64,000 nt of DNA from Bdellovibrionales bacterium (GTDB lineage: Bacteria; Bdellovibrionota; Bdellovibrionia; Bdellovibrionales; CAYMLA01). Position 1 is the stretch's first letter. The number at the start of each line of letters is the position of its first letter. The stretch spans positions 512,001-576,000 of the forward strand of contig OZ244239.1 of NCBI GenBank assembly GCA_965217115.1, in the 5' to 3' direction. Under the pieces are notes generated by a model. That model saw only the letters and a list, made by a program, of their open reading frames with translations. It was not told where the DNA came from and searched no databases. This document shows positions 1-10,808 of this stretch, in pieces. The position numbers and the translations under genes are program-made.

Positions 1-65
1 AAGAAAAAACCTACCTCTGTATGGAGTAACTCCACATATCCTCATACTTGAACTTTACTATGAAA

Positions 66-740
66 TCAAAAAAGACATCCATCCTTCATCTCCAATACCT
101 TTGGAAAATTAAAAGCAAATTGTCGATCGTGAGTCACCACAACAAGAGCCAGGTTTAGAGATTCATGCAATTGAAAAAATAAATCTTGAATATTCACGCG
201 AGTTTCAGAATCTAAATTACCCGTCGGCTCATCGGCAAAAAGAATCTCTGGCTTCATCACTAACGCCCTCGCAACAGCCACTCTCTGTTGTTCCCCCCCA
301 CTCAACTCACTGGGAAAATGTTTAACTCTGTCTCTTAAACCCAAATCACAGAGAAGCTTTTCTGATCTCTCATTGGCCTCTTTCCTAGAGACGCCTCCCA
401 CTAAACAGGGCATTGCCACATTTTCTATGGCTGTAAACTCATTTAAAAGATGATGAGACTGAAAAACAAATCCCATGGAAGTGTTCCTAAATCGAGATGT
501 TTCAATATCCGTTTTCTGAGCAAGATCCTCACCCTTAAACAAAAGCCTCCCGTTATCAGGACGATCTAAAGTTCCCAAAATATGAAGCAGCGTACTCTTA
601 CCCGAACCAGAAGAGCCCATGATGGAAATAGCCTCACCACTTTTTAACTCAAGATCAATACCCTTTAGAATTTCAAGCCTTCCCTCGCGATAACTCTTCG
701 TCAAATTCTCAGCTTTTAATAAAATCGATTTCTCACTCAT
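66..740 (-). CDS. lolD: Lipoprotein-releasing ABC transporter ATP-binding protein
   Basis: Walker A GSSGSGKST, LSGGEQQR signature, ADEPTGNLD; directly downstream of a lolC/E-like permease. Confidence 0.9.
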   Translation of the reverse strand: MSEKSILLKAENLTKSYREGRLEILKGIDLELKSGEAISIMGSSGSGKSTLLHILGTLDRPDNGRLLFKGEDLAQKTDIETSRFRNTSMGFVFQSHHLLNEFTAIENVAMPCLVGGVSRKEANERSEKLLCDLGLRDRVKHFPSELSGGEQQRVAVARALVMKPEILFADEPTGNLDSETRVNIQDLFFQLHESLNLALVVVTHDRQFAFNFPKVLEMKDGCLF

Positions 741-1977
741 ATCGTAATCCTTCCACTGGTTTTAATCGCGAACCACGATAGGCAGGGGCCAAAGTCGCTA
801 TGAAACAAACAAGCGTGGTTGCACTAAAAATTAATACTAAGTCTAGAGTTTTCATTATCGGAGAAAACTCACTTAAACGATACACATCCTGAGGTAAAAA
901 GCCCGTGCGACTAACAAATACTTCAAAAATAAAACAAAACAGCACACCCAAGACAATTCCACACAGCGAACCAAAAACTCCAATAATAATTCCTTGCCAA
1001 CGAAATACGCTTAACACACGGTCTGCACTTAAGCCCATTGATTTCATAATCGCAACTTCTGAGTATTTTTTTATAACACGAATATACAAGCTACTGGCCA
1101 TGTTCAAAGCTGCCGCCAAGATCATAATAAATACCACTATGAATATAACTGCTTTCTCCAAAACGATCGCTTCAAACAAATTATGTTCCACCGCCTGCCA
1201 ACGCCTTGTCCAATAAGGATGATCTAATTTTTTATTCAAATTCTTCGATACTCTCTCGGCCATGCTCGAAGAAGTCAGCTTTGTGTACAACCCCGTATAA
1301 TCACGTCCCACTTTCACGCGCACTAATTTTTGCACAGACTTTAGAGGAGCCATTATATAACGACTATCATAGTCGTATTTACCTAAACTTAAAACACCCA
1401 CCAAACGAAACCTACCGAGTCTTCTTTTTAATTCGCCCGAACCTAATTGACTTGCAATGGGGAAGACTACGCGAAACGACTCGCCCACTTTGAGTCCCAT
1501 ACTCTTTACTAATTGCTTTCCCAAAAGTGCTGGAATTAAATCACCGCCTGAGTGATCTTGAGATAAATCAAACTCCCCCTCAACTAAACGATTCTCCAAA
1601 TTCAACACACGTCCAACTGAGTTTTCCTCAATCCCTTGAACGGCAACACCCGATATCTTTCCCTTATGGGCTAATAATCCTTCTACAAATAAAAAAGGAC
1701 TGCCCTCTAACACATCAGAGTCTGCCTTTTTTACTTTTTGCAATAATTCAGGCCATGGTAACATCTGACGGGAGCGGGAGAGAACCAAGACATCCCCTGT
1801 CACATCCACAATAGATTTCTGCAAAGCCACCGAAAACCCCGAAACAACAGCCATGGCAATCACCAAGCATGCAACTCCCAAAATCAAACCAATCAAAGAT
1901 ATCCCATTGGATAAATCAAAACTGTTCCTATCACGATAAAGCGACTTCCAAGCCAACCACAGGGGCAATCGATCCAC
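733..1977 (-). CDS. Lipoprotein-releasing ABC transporter permease (LolC/LolE family)
   Basis: N-terminal TM helix, large periplasmic domain, FtsX-like C-terminal TMs ending ATLAPAYRGSRLKPVEGLRYE; overlaps lolD. Confidence 0.85.
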   Translation of the reverse strand: MDRLPLWLAWKSLYRDRNSFDLSNGISLIGLILGVACLVIAMAVVSGFSVALQKSIVDVTGDVLVLSRSRQMLPWPELLQKVKKADSDVLEGSPFLFVEGLLAHKGKISGVAVQGIEENSVGRVLNLENRLVEGEFDLSQDHSGGDLIPALLGKQLVKSMGLKVGESFRVVFPIASQLGSGELKRRLGRFRLVGVLSLGKYDYDSRYIMAPLKSVQKLVRVKVGRDYTGLYTKLTSSSMAERVSKNLNKKLDHPYWTRRWQAVEHNLFEAIVLEKAVIFIVVFIMILAAALNMASSLYIRVIKKYSEVAIMKSMGLSADRVLSVFRWQGIIIGVFGSLCGIVLGVLFCFIFEVFVSRTGFLPQDVYRLSEFSPIMKTLDLVLIFSATTLVCFIATLAPAYRGSRLKPVEGLRYE

Positions 1978-3123
1978 TACTCCCCCCCCCCTTTTTCTCC
2001 CTGCTCACTCAGAGCTGTCATCTTTAAAAACTCTGTCATAAACTCCTGTAGCTCTCCGTCCAAAACTCCATCGACTCCCGATGTTTCATAACTCGTTCTA
2101 TGGTCCTTCACCATCTTATAGGGGTGCATCACATAGGACCGTATCTGACTCCCCCACTCATTGGCCTTTTTCTGGGAGTTTGCCTCGTCTTTTTCCTTAT
2201 TTCTTCTCTCTATCTCTTTTTCATAAAGGGCTGCTTTCAACATTTTCATCGTGCGCTCACGGTTCTGTATCTGGCTTCTTTCACTCTGACATTGAACCAC
2301 AATTCCTGTTGGAAGATGGGTCATCCTCACCGCTGAATCCGTTCGATTCACATGCTGCCCACCAGCTCCACTCGCCCTATAAGTGTCTACACGCAAATCT
2401 TCTGCTTTAATCTCCTCCACCTCGACAGAATCATCCACCTCTGCCCAAGCAAACACCGAAGCAAAGCTCGTGTGTCTACGAGCGTTGGAATCAAACGGAC
2501 TAATACGCACCAAGCGATGAACGCCTATCTCTGCCTTTAAATATCCATAGGCGTAAGCCCCTTGAATCCTCAAGGTCACAGATTTAATACCCGCTTCATC
2601 TCCATCTGTTCTCTCTAAAACTTCCACCCCAAATCCCTGGCCTTCGGCGTAACGCACATACATACGCATAAGCATGGATGCCCAGTCACAGGATTCTGTC
2701 CCACCAGCCCCTGAGTTGATCGACAAATAAGTGCTCTGACTGTCTAATTCACCATTTAAAATTCTTTTTAACTCTAAAGATTCATAGAGACTTTCTAAAA
2801 CTTTGACTTCAGATTTTAATTCTAAAAAACTACTCTCGTCTTTTTCTTCAACGCTCATTCCTAAGAGAACCTGTCCGTCTTCAATACGTGAGTGAAACCT
2901 CTCCCATTCTTGAATAGATTTCTCTAAAAAACTTCGCTCCTGATTGAGCTGCTGCATTTTGTCTGAGTCATTCCACACGGCTGGATTCTCCGCAGCCATG
3001 TTCACTTCCTGTAAACGCTTAATCTTTGTCTCTAGGTCAAAGATACCCCCGTAAAGCCTCGCAACTCTGACGCAATTGCGATAACTTCGATTTTACCTCT
3101 GCCGTTTCTGTATCAATCGACAA
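1977..3123 (-). CDS. prfB: Peptide chain release factor 2, with programmed +1 frameshift after codon 28
   Basis: SPF and GGQ motifs. Upstream TTG start at 3123 reads MSIDTETAEVKSKLSQLRQSCEALRGYL to CTT TGA C (3042-3036), then continues +1 into the annotated ORF (DLETKIKRLQEVNM...). Confidence 0.93.
3036..3051 (-). promoter_or_regulatory. RF2 autoregulatory +1 frameshift site
   Basis: Minus strand reads CGGGGG-TAT-CTT-TGA-C: internal SD-like sequence, 3-nt spacer, CTT slippery codon, UGA-C stop. Confidence 0.92.
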
Positions 3124-3204
3124 TGCCTTACCCTCTGTCTCTTTTGAAAATTTAACTGCTTTTAGTCTATACGGATTGTTGCCCACGCTCAAGGCTAAAC
3201 CTTT

Positions 3205-4866
3205 TCAGGTTATCTCTTCTCTTGTCCAAACAGTATTAACTCCCCGCTCTTTAGCAATATCCATGGCATCTTCATACCCTGCATCCACATGGCGAAAAAT
3301 TCCCATAGCAGGATCAGCCGTTAAGACTCGCTGTAAACGTTCACTCGCCTTCTGCGTACCATCCGCCAGCGTCACCTGCCCAGAATGTAAACTATAACCC
3401 ATTCCCACTCCACCACCATGATGAAAACTCACCCAAGTCGCGCCGCAAGCCGTGTTCGCCATCAAATTCAACAGAGGCCAATCGGCCACCGCATCAGAAC
3501 CATCCTTCATCCCTTCCGTTTCACGGTTAGGAGAAGCCACGCTGCCACAATCCAAATGATCACGACCAATCACAATCGGGGCCTTCAGCTTTCCCTCTGC
3601 CACCAACTCATTAAAACGCAAACCTGCCTTCGCCCGCTCGCCATACTCCAACCAACAGATACGCGCTGGCAACCCCTGAAAAGATATTCTCTCCTGAGCC
3701 ATGTCCAACCAACTCAAAAGATTTTTCTTATGGGGGAAAAGTTCCCTCAACGCCTCATCAGTCACCCTAATATCCTCGGCATCCCCCGAGAGAGCCACCC
3801 AACGAAACGGACCACTGCCTCGACAAAAGAGAGGGCGAATGTACTCAGGAACAAAACCCTTAATATCAAAAGCATTCTTCAGACCCGCTTCTACAGCACG
3901 GGCGCGAATGTTATTACCATAATCAAAAGTCACCGCGCCTTTTTTCTGCAACGCTAACATTCCCTCCACATGACGACCCATGCTGGCTATAGATTTTTTT
4001 AAATACTCCTCAGAGTTATTCTCTCGCAATCGATCTGCTTCCTCTAAACTCAGACCCTCAGGAATATAACCCACCAAAGGATCGTGGGCCGAAGTTTGAT
4101 CGGTTAAAATATCCGGAACAAAACCCTTGGCAATCAACTGATGAATCACCTCCGCCATGTTTCCCTGCAAAGCGATGGATTTAGCTAGTTTCCGTTCTTT
4201 GTATTTTTCCACTCTGGCTAAAGCATCATCTAAATGATCAGCCACCTCATCAACATAAGAAGTTTCTAAGCGTTTCTTGATTCTTTCAGGGTCCACTTCA
4301 ACCGCCAAAACAACAGCTCCTGTAAAGACTCCCGCCAAGGGCTGCGCCCCTCCCATACCACCAAGCCCAGCCGTTAAAATCACTCGGCCACGCAAGTCAT
4401 CATTAAAATAACGACGTCCCACTTCAACAAATGTTTCATAGGTTCCCTGAATAATTCCCTGACTACCAATGTAAATCCAGGACCCTGCCGTCATTTGCCC
4501 ATACATCATCAGACCCTTTTTATCCAACTCATCAAATTGCTGCCAGGTCGCCCAATTAGGAACCAAGTTAGAATTGGCAATCATCACCCGTGGCGTGTCC
4601 TCTGTCGTCTTAATTACACCCACCGGTTTTCCCGACTGCACCAATAAAGTTTCGTCATTTTCAAGAGTCTTTAATGTTTCAAGAATTTTATCAAAGCAAG
4701 GCCAATTACGGGCCGCCTTACCCTTGCCGCCATACACAATCAAATCCTCTGGCACTTCCGCCACTTCAGGATCTAAATTATTCTGAATCATACGATAAGC
4801 AGCTTCTTGCTGCCAGCCTTTACAGTTTAATTTATCACCCCTAGGGGCTTTTACCACTCTCACCAT
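3205..4866 (-). CDS. hutU: Urocanate hydratase
   Basis: [55 protein letters not shown] motifs. Confidence 0.97.
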   Translation of the reverse strand: MVRVVKAPRGDKLNCKGWQQEAAYRMIQNNLDPEVAEVPEDLIVYGGKGKAARNWPCFDKILETLKTLENDETLLVQSGKPVGVIKTTEDTPRVMIANSNLVPNWATWQQFDELDKKGLMMYGQMTAGSWIYIGSQGIIQGTYETFVEVGRRYFNDDLRGRVILTAGLGGMGGAQPLAGVFTGAVVLAVEVDPERIKKRLETSYVDEVADHLDDALARVEKYKERKLAKSIALQGNMAEVIHQLIAKGFVPDILTDQTSAHDPLVGYIPEGLSLEEADRLRENNSEEYLKKSIASMGRHVEGMLALQKKGAVTFDYGNNIRARAVEAGLKNAFDIKGFVPEYIRPLFCRGSGPFRWVALSGDAEDIRVTDEALRELFPHKKNLLSWLDMAQERISFQGLPARICWLEYGERAKAGLRFNELVAEGKLKAPIVIGRDHLDCGSVASPNRETEGMKDGSDAVADWPLLNLMANTACGATWVSFHHGGGVGMGYSLHSGQVTLADGTQKASERLQRVLTADPAMGIFRHVDAGYEDAMDIAKERGVNTVWTREEIT

Positions 4867-4868
4867 AT

Positions 4869-6407
4869 CTATAATTCCAATTTTCCAATTGATTTCTGTA
4901 ACGCCTCTAATAAACTATCGGAACGAATTAATTTTTTTATTTTCTCGATGTCATTAGAAAAAACACGATCCTCCTCTGCAAAAGAAACTTCAGAACGAAT
5001 AACATTATAACACGCCTTAACACCCGCTGAAGGTTCTAACGGTTTCAGAAAGTCCAATGCCTGTGCAGCACAAAGTAATTCCATGGCCACAATATTCTCT
5101 GCATTTTTTACTATCTGCCCTAACTTTCTGGCAGCAATCGTCCCCATACTCACATGATCCTCTTTATCTGCCGAAGTCGGGATGCTATCCACCGAAGCTG
5201 GGTGGGATAAAATTTTATTCTCACTCACCAGAGAAGCTGCAGCCACTTGCACAATCATCATACCGCTATTAATACCACCCTTGGGTGTCAAAAATGCTGG
5301 TAATTCACTCATATGGGTATTAACAAGTTTCTCTATCCGACACTCAGAAATACTCGACATCGCACTCATCGACACTCCCAAGAAATCCAAAGCAAAGGCC
5401 ACAGGTTCCCCATGGAAATTACCACAGGACAACACCTTATCCTGATCTGCAAAGACCAAGGGGTTATCCGTACTCGATGCCCCTTCAATTTCCAATGTCT
5501 CAATCCCACTGCGGATGACATCCTTACACGCCCCATGAACAGCCGGCATGCAACGCAAAGAATAAGCATCTTGCACCCTGCCACAATTATCATGACTCTT
5601 AGAAATATCAGAAGATATTCCCAAAATTTTAAGCAAGTTTCTCGCGGTCTTTGCCTCCCCTGGATGGGGACGTGTCGATGCTATCAAGGGATCAAAGGCC
5701 GTCCTCGACCCTCGTAAAGCTTCCAAAGTCATCGCTCCTGACAAGTCAACCATCCACGCAAGCCTTCGAGCTTCATAGACACTCAACATTCCAATGGCCG
5801 TCATCACCTGACAGCCATTAATAAGCGATAGTCCCTCTTTAAGTTGAAGCTCCAATGGCTCCACCCCCGCTTCTTCTAAAATTTTCTGTGTTTCTGTGGG
5901 TCGATTATTATTTTCTCCCCAAACCTCTCCCTCTCCCATCAAACTCAACGCCAAGTGAGCCAAAGGAGCCAAATCACCACTGGCCCCAACACTCCCCTGC
6001 TGGGGAATCACTGGAATAATATCCTTATCTAAAAACTCTAAAATTTTATCCACCACTTCAGGACGAATGCCACTATGCCCTGTCGCCAAAGCATTGGCTC
6101 TTAAAATCATAATTGCCCTTGAAGCACTTTTAGAAAATTTAGGCCCGACACCACAACAATGGGAACGGATTAGGTTTTTTTGTAACTGAATCGTCTCTTC
6201 AGAGGAGATACTCACACTGCTAAAGGCACCAAACCCTGTATTAACACCATAAATAATATCGCCCCTACTCACTCGGCCCATGATATAATCACGGGACTCC
6301 TGCATTTTCTCGCGCGCTTCTTCAGATAAACTTAACTCAAGGTTATTACTATAAGCCCATTTCCATAGCTCATCAACACTGATCCTTTCACCCGATATCA
6401 TTGTCAT
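4869..6407 (-). CDS. hutH: Histidine ammonia-lyase
   Basis: [11 protein letters not shown]-forming [29 protein letters not shown]; adjacent to hutU. Confidence 0.96.
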   Translation of the reverse strand: MTMISGERISVDELWKWAYSNNLELSLSEEAREKMQESRDYIMGRVSRGDIIYGVNTGFGAFSSVSISSEETIQLQKNLIRSHCCGVGPKFSKSASRAIMILRANALATGHSGIRPEVVDKILEFLDKDIIPVIPQQGSVGASGDLAPLAHLALSLMGEGEVWGENNNRPTETQKILEEAGVEPLELQLKEGLSLINGCQVMTAIGMLSVYEARRLAWMVDLSGAMTLEALRGSRTAFDPLIASTRPHPGEAKTARNLLKILGISSDISKSHDNCGRVQDAYSLRCMPAVHGACKDVIRSGIETLEIEGASSTDNPLVFADQDKVLSCGNFHGEPVAFALDFLGVSMSAMSSISECRIEKLVNTHMSELPAFLTPKGGINSGMMIVQVAAASLVSENKILSHPASVDSIPTSADKEDHVSMGTIAARKLGQIVKNAENIVAMELLCAAQALDFLKPLEPSAGVKACYNVIRSEVSFAEEDRVFSNDIEKIKKLIRSDSLLEALQKSIGKLEL

Positions 6408-6413
6408 ATTTAA

Positions 6414-7067
6414 TCATCTCCTCTTCAATGCCCCTATACGTTCTTTATAATCTCCCTTAAAAACAAAACTTCCCGCAACAAGGACATCCGCCGAACCACA
6501 CTTGCTCTTGGTCTCAGCAGTGACCCCACCATCAACTTCAATCAAATAATCAGCACTATTATCTTCACGCCATTGGTGTAAAAAATCTATCTTGCTCACT
6601 TGATCCTCCATAAAAAACTGCCCACCAAAACCCGGCTCCACCGTCATTACTAAAGCTAAATCCACCATAGATAAATAAGGAATAACCTCATTCACATCTG
6701 TCCCTGGACGTAAAGTGATTCCAGGCTTAACCCCCTGGCGACGAATCTCTTCAAGCACATTTTTAGGTTCTTTTGTCGACTCCACGTGAATCGTTAAATA
6801 ATCTGCACCTGCTTTAACGAAATCTTCGATATAACGCTCAGGCTCTTCAATCATTAGGTGAACATCCAACACCATAGATGTCATCGGTCTCAGAGACTTC
6901 ACCACAGGCGCTCCAATAGTTAAATTAGGAACAAAGTGCCCATCCATCACATCCACATGGACCCAATCCGCCCCCGCCTCTTCAATACTCAAAATCTCTT
7001 TACCCAAACAGGAAAAATCAGCTGATAAGATACTCGGTGCTACTAAAAATGAATTTTTAACCACCAA
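6414..7067 (-). CDS. rpe: Ribulose-phosphate 3-epimerase
   Basis: APSILSADF, HVDVMDGHFVPNLT, DVHLM, MTVEPGFGGQ, EVDGG. Confidence 0.96.
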   Translation of the reverse strand: MVVKNSFLVAPSILSADFSCLGKEILSIEEAGADWVHVDVMDGHFVPNLTIGAPVVKSLRPMTSMVLDVHLMIEEPERYIEDFVKAGADYLTIHVESTKEPKNVLEEIRRQGVKPGITLRPGTDVNEVIPYLSMVDLALVMTVEPGFGGQFFMEDQVSKIDFLHQWREDNSADYLIEVDGGVTAETKSKCGSADVLVAGSFVFKGDYKERIGALKRR

Positions 7068-8016
7068 AACAATCCCCTTGCTTAATTCTATGACCTTTTA
7101 AAAAATCACTCACGCTTTGTCGACGTCGAGACTCTGGCTGAACCTCTAACACTTCCAACACTCCACCACCCGTGGCAATCAAGAAGCTCTCTGCTGTCAC
7201 AGCCACCACTTCTCCCGACAAGACATCACTCTCAAGTTTTGCTTCCTGAACTTTTGCTTTTACAATTTTTATTTTCTTTCCATCAAAAGTAGAGCGCACT
7301 CCTGGACCCATCACAAAGGCACGCATTTTGTTAAATATCTGATGTGCCGATAAACTCCAATCAATAATAGATTCTTCTTTCTGAATTTTTTTAGCATAGG
7401 TTGCCAAATTGTGATCTTGGGGATCACCTGCCAAATCTCCTTCCAAGTAATCCATGTACTCCGTACACAAGAGTTCACAACCCAGCTTAGCTAAGTCCTC
7501 ATACAACGACATGGAATCCATCTCATCAGTGATCTCTATCTTCCGAACTCCAAGAACATCTCCTGCATCTAATTCTTTAACAAGCATCTGCAAAGCCACA
7601 CCTGTCTCTCTATCTCCTGCCTCAATTGACCTCTGAATAGGAGCCGCCCCCCGCCACCTAGGCAATAAACTGCCATGAATATTCACCACACCTTGAGGGA
7701 ACATATCCAAAAAACTCTGACTCAGTATCTGACCATAGGCTACCACCACTGCTGACTCTGCTCCCAAAGTACGAATTACATCCATCACCTCAGTGGAGGA
7801 CACCTTCTCTGGTGTCATAACTTGAATCCCATTTTTTTCAGCCAATGTTTTCACTGCACTGGCTTGAATCTTCATATTACGACCTGCTGGTCTATCTGGT
7901 TGAGACACAACAGCTACAATATTGTAACGATCATCTTTAATAAGTGATTCCAAGCATGTGGCCGCAAACTGGGGTGTTCCCAAAAAAACCATGCGCACGC
8001 GCACACGATCATTCAC
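7057..8016 (-). CDS. fmt: Methionyl-tRNA formyltransferase
   Basis: FLGTPQFA, QPDRPAGR, NIHGSLLPRWRGAAPIQR, LDAGD; follows def. Confidence 0.96.
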   Translation of the reverse strand: MNDRVRVRMVFLGTPQFAATCLESLIKDDRYNIVAVVSQPDRPAGRNMKIQASAVKTLAEKNGIQVMTPEKVSSTEVMDVIRTLGAESAVVVAYGQILSQSFLDMFPQGVVNIHGSLLPRWRGAAPIQRSIEAGDRETGVALQMLVKELDAGDVLGVRKIEITDEMDSMSLYEDLAKLGCELLCTEYMDYLEGDLAGDPQDHNLATYAKKIQKEESIIDWSLSAHQIFNKMRAFVMGPGVRSTFDGKKIKIVKAKVQEAKLESDVLSGEVVAVTAESFLIATGGGVLEVLEVQPESRRRQSVSDFLKGHRIKQGDCFGG

Positions 8017-8627
8017 TCTTCTGCATCTCGAACATCGATTTTCTCTTCCTCTTCCTCTTCCTCTTCTTCAGGATCAGGATAACCGTGTTTTTTTATCAAT
8101 CGTTTAATTTTATCTCCTTTGATCAAACTCAAACGATCAATGAACAACTTTCCATCTAAATGATCAATCTCATGTTGCGCACAAATAGACATTAAACCAT
8201 CTAATTCTAATTCTAATTCTTTACCATCATGATCTAATCCACGGAGTTTAATCCAATCAAATCTCTCCACGGTTTCAAAATAAGAAGGCAGACTCAAGCA
8301 ACCTTCTCGATAAATCGTTTTTCCTTCTCTCTCAATAATCTCAGGATTAAAAACAATAACCGGTCCACCTATTTTTTTCTCAAGCTCAGTCGCTCCCTCC
8401 GTGTCATAGCGCTCTTTATCCTCATCATCTCTAGGACGTGTATCCATAACAAACAAACGCACTAACTGATCTACTTGAGCCGCCGCTAAGCCAATGCCAT
8501 TAAAATCATACATGGTCTCTAACATATCATTGGCTAATTCTTTCAACTCAGCCGTGACCCGATCAACCTTTTGCGATTTACGTCGTAAACGAGAATCCGG
8601 GTATCTCAATATTTCCAACAAAGCCAC
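8013..8627 (-). CDS. def: Peptide deformylase with acidic poly-Glu tail
   Basis: GIGLAAAQV, EGCLS, QHEIDHLDG motifs. Confidence 0.96.
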   Translation of the reverse strand: MALLEILRYPDSRLRRKSQKVDRVTAELKELANDMLETMYDFNGIGLAAAQVDQLVRLFVMDTRPRDDEDKERYDTEGATELEKKIGGPVIVFNPEIIEREGKTIYREGCLSLPSYFETVERFDWIKLRGLDHDGKELELELDGLMSICAQHEIDHLDGKLFIDRLSLIKGDKIKRLIKKHGYPDPEEEEEEEEEKIDVRDAEE

Positions 8628-8730
8628 AATATCCCTCCCTTTTTTTTGTAACTTTAAGGACTAAGACAGTCGGAGGATTAGTACCTGAATCGGCATAAAC
8701 AATGGAGTAAAAAGAAAATAACCTTGCGCG

Positions 8731-9810
8731 TTATTTTTTAAGCCTCAGAAATAAAAACAACCCTAAGGCACTCATACCTACATTGGGAAGCCAAGCGGCC
8801 AAAACAGGCTCCATTTCTCCATGCCGCCCCAGTGCCAGAGAGGAGCTGTAACAACTCCAATAGATGAAGGCCAAACCAATGCTCACCCCCAAGCCACGCA
8901 TACCTCCACCAGATCTTTGATGATTCACACAAAAGGGCAAACCTAAAAAACTCATTACCAGAGCCGCGAAAGCGAAACTAAACTTAGCCTGATAATCCAT
9001 CTCATAAAGAACCGTATTCAACCCCGCTTCTTTATTCTTTTTAATAAATTTCCTAATCTCTTCCAGACCCAAGGTATTCAATGGCTGAGCGTTGCCCTGG
9101 AGATCATTTATCACGACATCCATCACAATATCTTTTTCAACAAAATCTTGAGTCAGGGGAAAACTTGAACCTCCAGTAAAAAGAGTCACTGTCCCATGCC
9201 GTAAGTGCCAATTCGCCTCATTCATATCCACTTCTTTAGCGGTAATCATCTTTAAGAGTTTCCAATTAGGGCCAAAAGAATATAACGTCAAGCCTTGAGC
9301 CGCTCTCAGCTTCTCACCCAGAGCTCTTACATAAAATAAGTTATTCTTTGAGCGATACCAAATTTTGTTCTTTCTAACCGTGGCATATTGTTCAGGAGTC
9401 TTCTTCATCTCCATGTAAAACACATAGTCTTTCTTTTTATTCAAGGTCGGTAAAATCAAATCGTCGGCAACGAAAGCCAACATAGAAAAAATAGCCACCA
9501 AACCTAAAATAGGTGCGCTCACTCGAATCAAACTTGTTCCAAAACTAAAGAGGGCTATAAGCTCATTATTTTTATTCATGTAACTCAGGGTAAAGATCGT
9601 TGCGCTCATCGCTGCCACCGGAAACATTTGATACATGACCGAAGGGGACATATAAACATAAAAACGAAAGAGCACGTCAAAGGACACATCATAACTAAAT
9701 GCCTTTGATAGGGAGTCCACGGCAATAACGAGAGTTAACAGGGCCAATAGAGTTGCAAAAAAATACCCTATAAATAATCTACAAATATGACGATCCATCA
9801 ACGTAAACAT
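8731..9810 (-). CDS. LPS export ABC permease, LptF/LptG family (LptG-like)
   Basis: 3 TM, periplasmic domain, 3 TM layout; NELIALFSFGTSL and AAWLPN motifs. Confidence 0.8.
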   Translation of the reverse strand: MFTLMDRHICRLFIGYFFATLLALLTLVIAVDSLSKAFSYDVSFDVLFRFYVYMSPSVMYQMFPVAAMSATIFTLSYMNKNNELIALFSFGTSLIRVSAPILGLVAIFSMLAFVADDLILPTLNKKKDYVFYMEMKKTPEQYATVRKNKIWYRSKNNLFYVRALGEKLRAAQGLTLYSFGPNWKLLKMITAKEVDMNEANWHLRHGTVTLFTGGSSFPLTQDFVEKDIVMDVVINDLQGNAQPLNTLGLEEIRKFIKKNKEAGLNTVLYEMDYQAKFSFAFAALVMSFLGLPFCVNHQRSGGGMRGLGVSIGLAFIYWSCYSSSLALGRHGEMEPVLAAWLPNVGMSALGLFLFLRLKK

Positions 9811-9880
9811 ATCTATAAGTTACAGTAAAAACTCATAAATCCTAATTGACTCAACCTAATAATCAGCGTTAACTGGACCC

Positions 9881-10780
9881 ATGTCCTTACGCGTCTTGTT
9901 AGCTGATGAGAGTTCAGCCATAAAAAAAGTCATTGAGCTAGCCCTTCAAGAACAGGGAGTGGAGGTCAAACCTGTGAATATCGGCCTCGATGTCGTCTCC
10001 GTGGCTAAGAATTTCAAGCCACATATCATATTTGCAGATGTCCTTTTACAGAAATGCAGTGGCTACGATGTCTGTTTTAAAGTTAAAAATGACCCTGATC
10101 TCAAGGAAATACCCGTTATTCTTATGTGGAGCAGTTTCATGGAGCTAGATGAGAAGAAACTCGCCCGCTCTGCACCAGATGAAAAACTAGAAAAGCCCTT
10201 TAGCGCTGAACAATTACAAGAAATTATTGGAAAATTTGCCCCACAAAATCAAAACCCTGTTGCAAGTTTTTTAAGCATGCCCTCCTCCGAAAAAGATGAA
10301 CCCGTTTTACCCCGCGATACGACAATCTCTCATACTGAGATCACTAATATAAAAACACCTCCGGCTATTCCAACTCCCCCCCCTCTTGTTTCTCTAGATA
10401 TCAATGCTAAAGAGACGAGTGACGGCTTAGATGATGACTGGCAAATGACACCTCTCCAAGAGAAAATAGCCCCTTCAAAGGAAGGGACAGAGCTTTCAGA
10501 GGATTTCTCTCAAGTCAATCTTCAACAGGCAGCTACAGACATGGATGACCTGACTTCTGAACTTTCACTAAACGATTTTCCTAAAGAAACCACATCTAAT
10601 AATCTACAGGTAGCTCCCGATATTGAACAAAAAGTACAACTGCTTATTTCCAAGGAAGTTCAAGAGCAAACGCAAGCCCTCATTGAAGAAACCGTTATGA
10701 AAATCGTTCCTGATATTGCTGAAAAACTTATCTCCCAAGAACTTAACCGACTTCTTAAAGAAGTGGAAAAATCATTTTAA
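9881..10780 (+). CDS. romR: RomR-like response regulator (receiver, Pro/acidic linker, C-terminal helix)
   Basis: N-terminal receiver (LLADES, FADV, KPF); low-complexity linker; C-terminal IVPDIAEKLISQELNRL resembles the conserved RomR C-terminus. Confidence 0.7.
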   Translation: MSLRVLLADESSAIKKVIELALQEQGVEVKPVNIGLDVVSVAKNFKPHIIFADVLLQKCSGYDVCFKVKNDPDLKEIPVILMWSSFMELDEKKLARSAPDEKLEKPFSAEQLQEIIGKFAPQNQNPVASFLSMPSSEKDEPVLPRDTTISHTEITNIKTPPAIPTPPPLVSLDINAKETSDGLDDDWQMTPLQEKIAPSKEGTELSEDFSQVNLQQAATDMDDLTSELSLNDFPKETTSNNLQVAPDIEQKVQLLISKEVQEQTQALIEETVMKIVPDIAEKLISQELNRLLKEVEKSF

Positions 10781-10808
10781 CAAAAATTCTTCTAGAGGGA
10801 CCTTCTCT

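Noticed and set aside
905..1814. Antisense and nested short ORFs throughout the ORF track (e.g. 905-1216, 3418-3957, 23386-23601, 53990-54319)
   Set aside because: They overlap well-supported genes and have no independent motifs.
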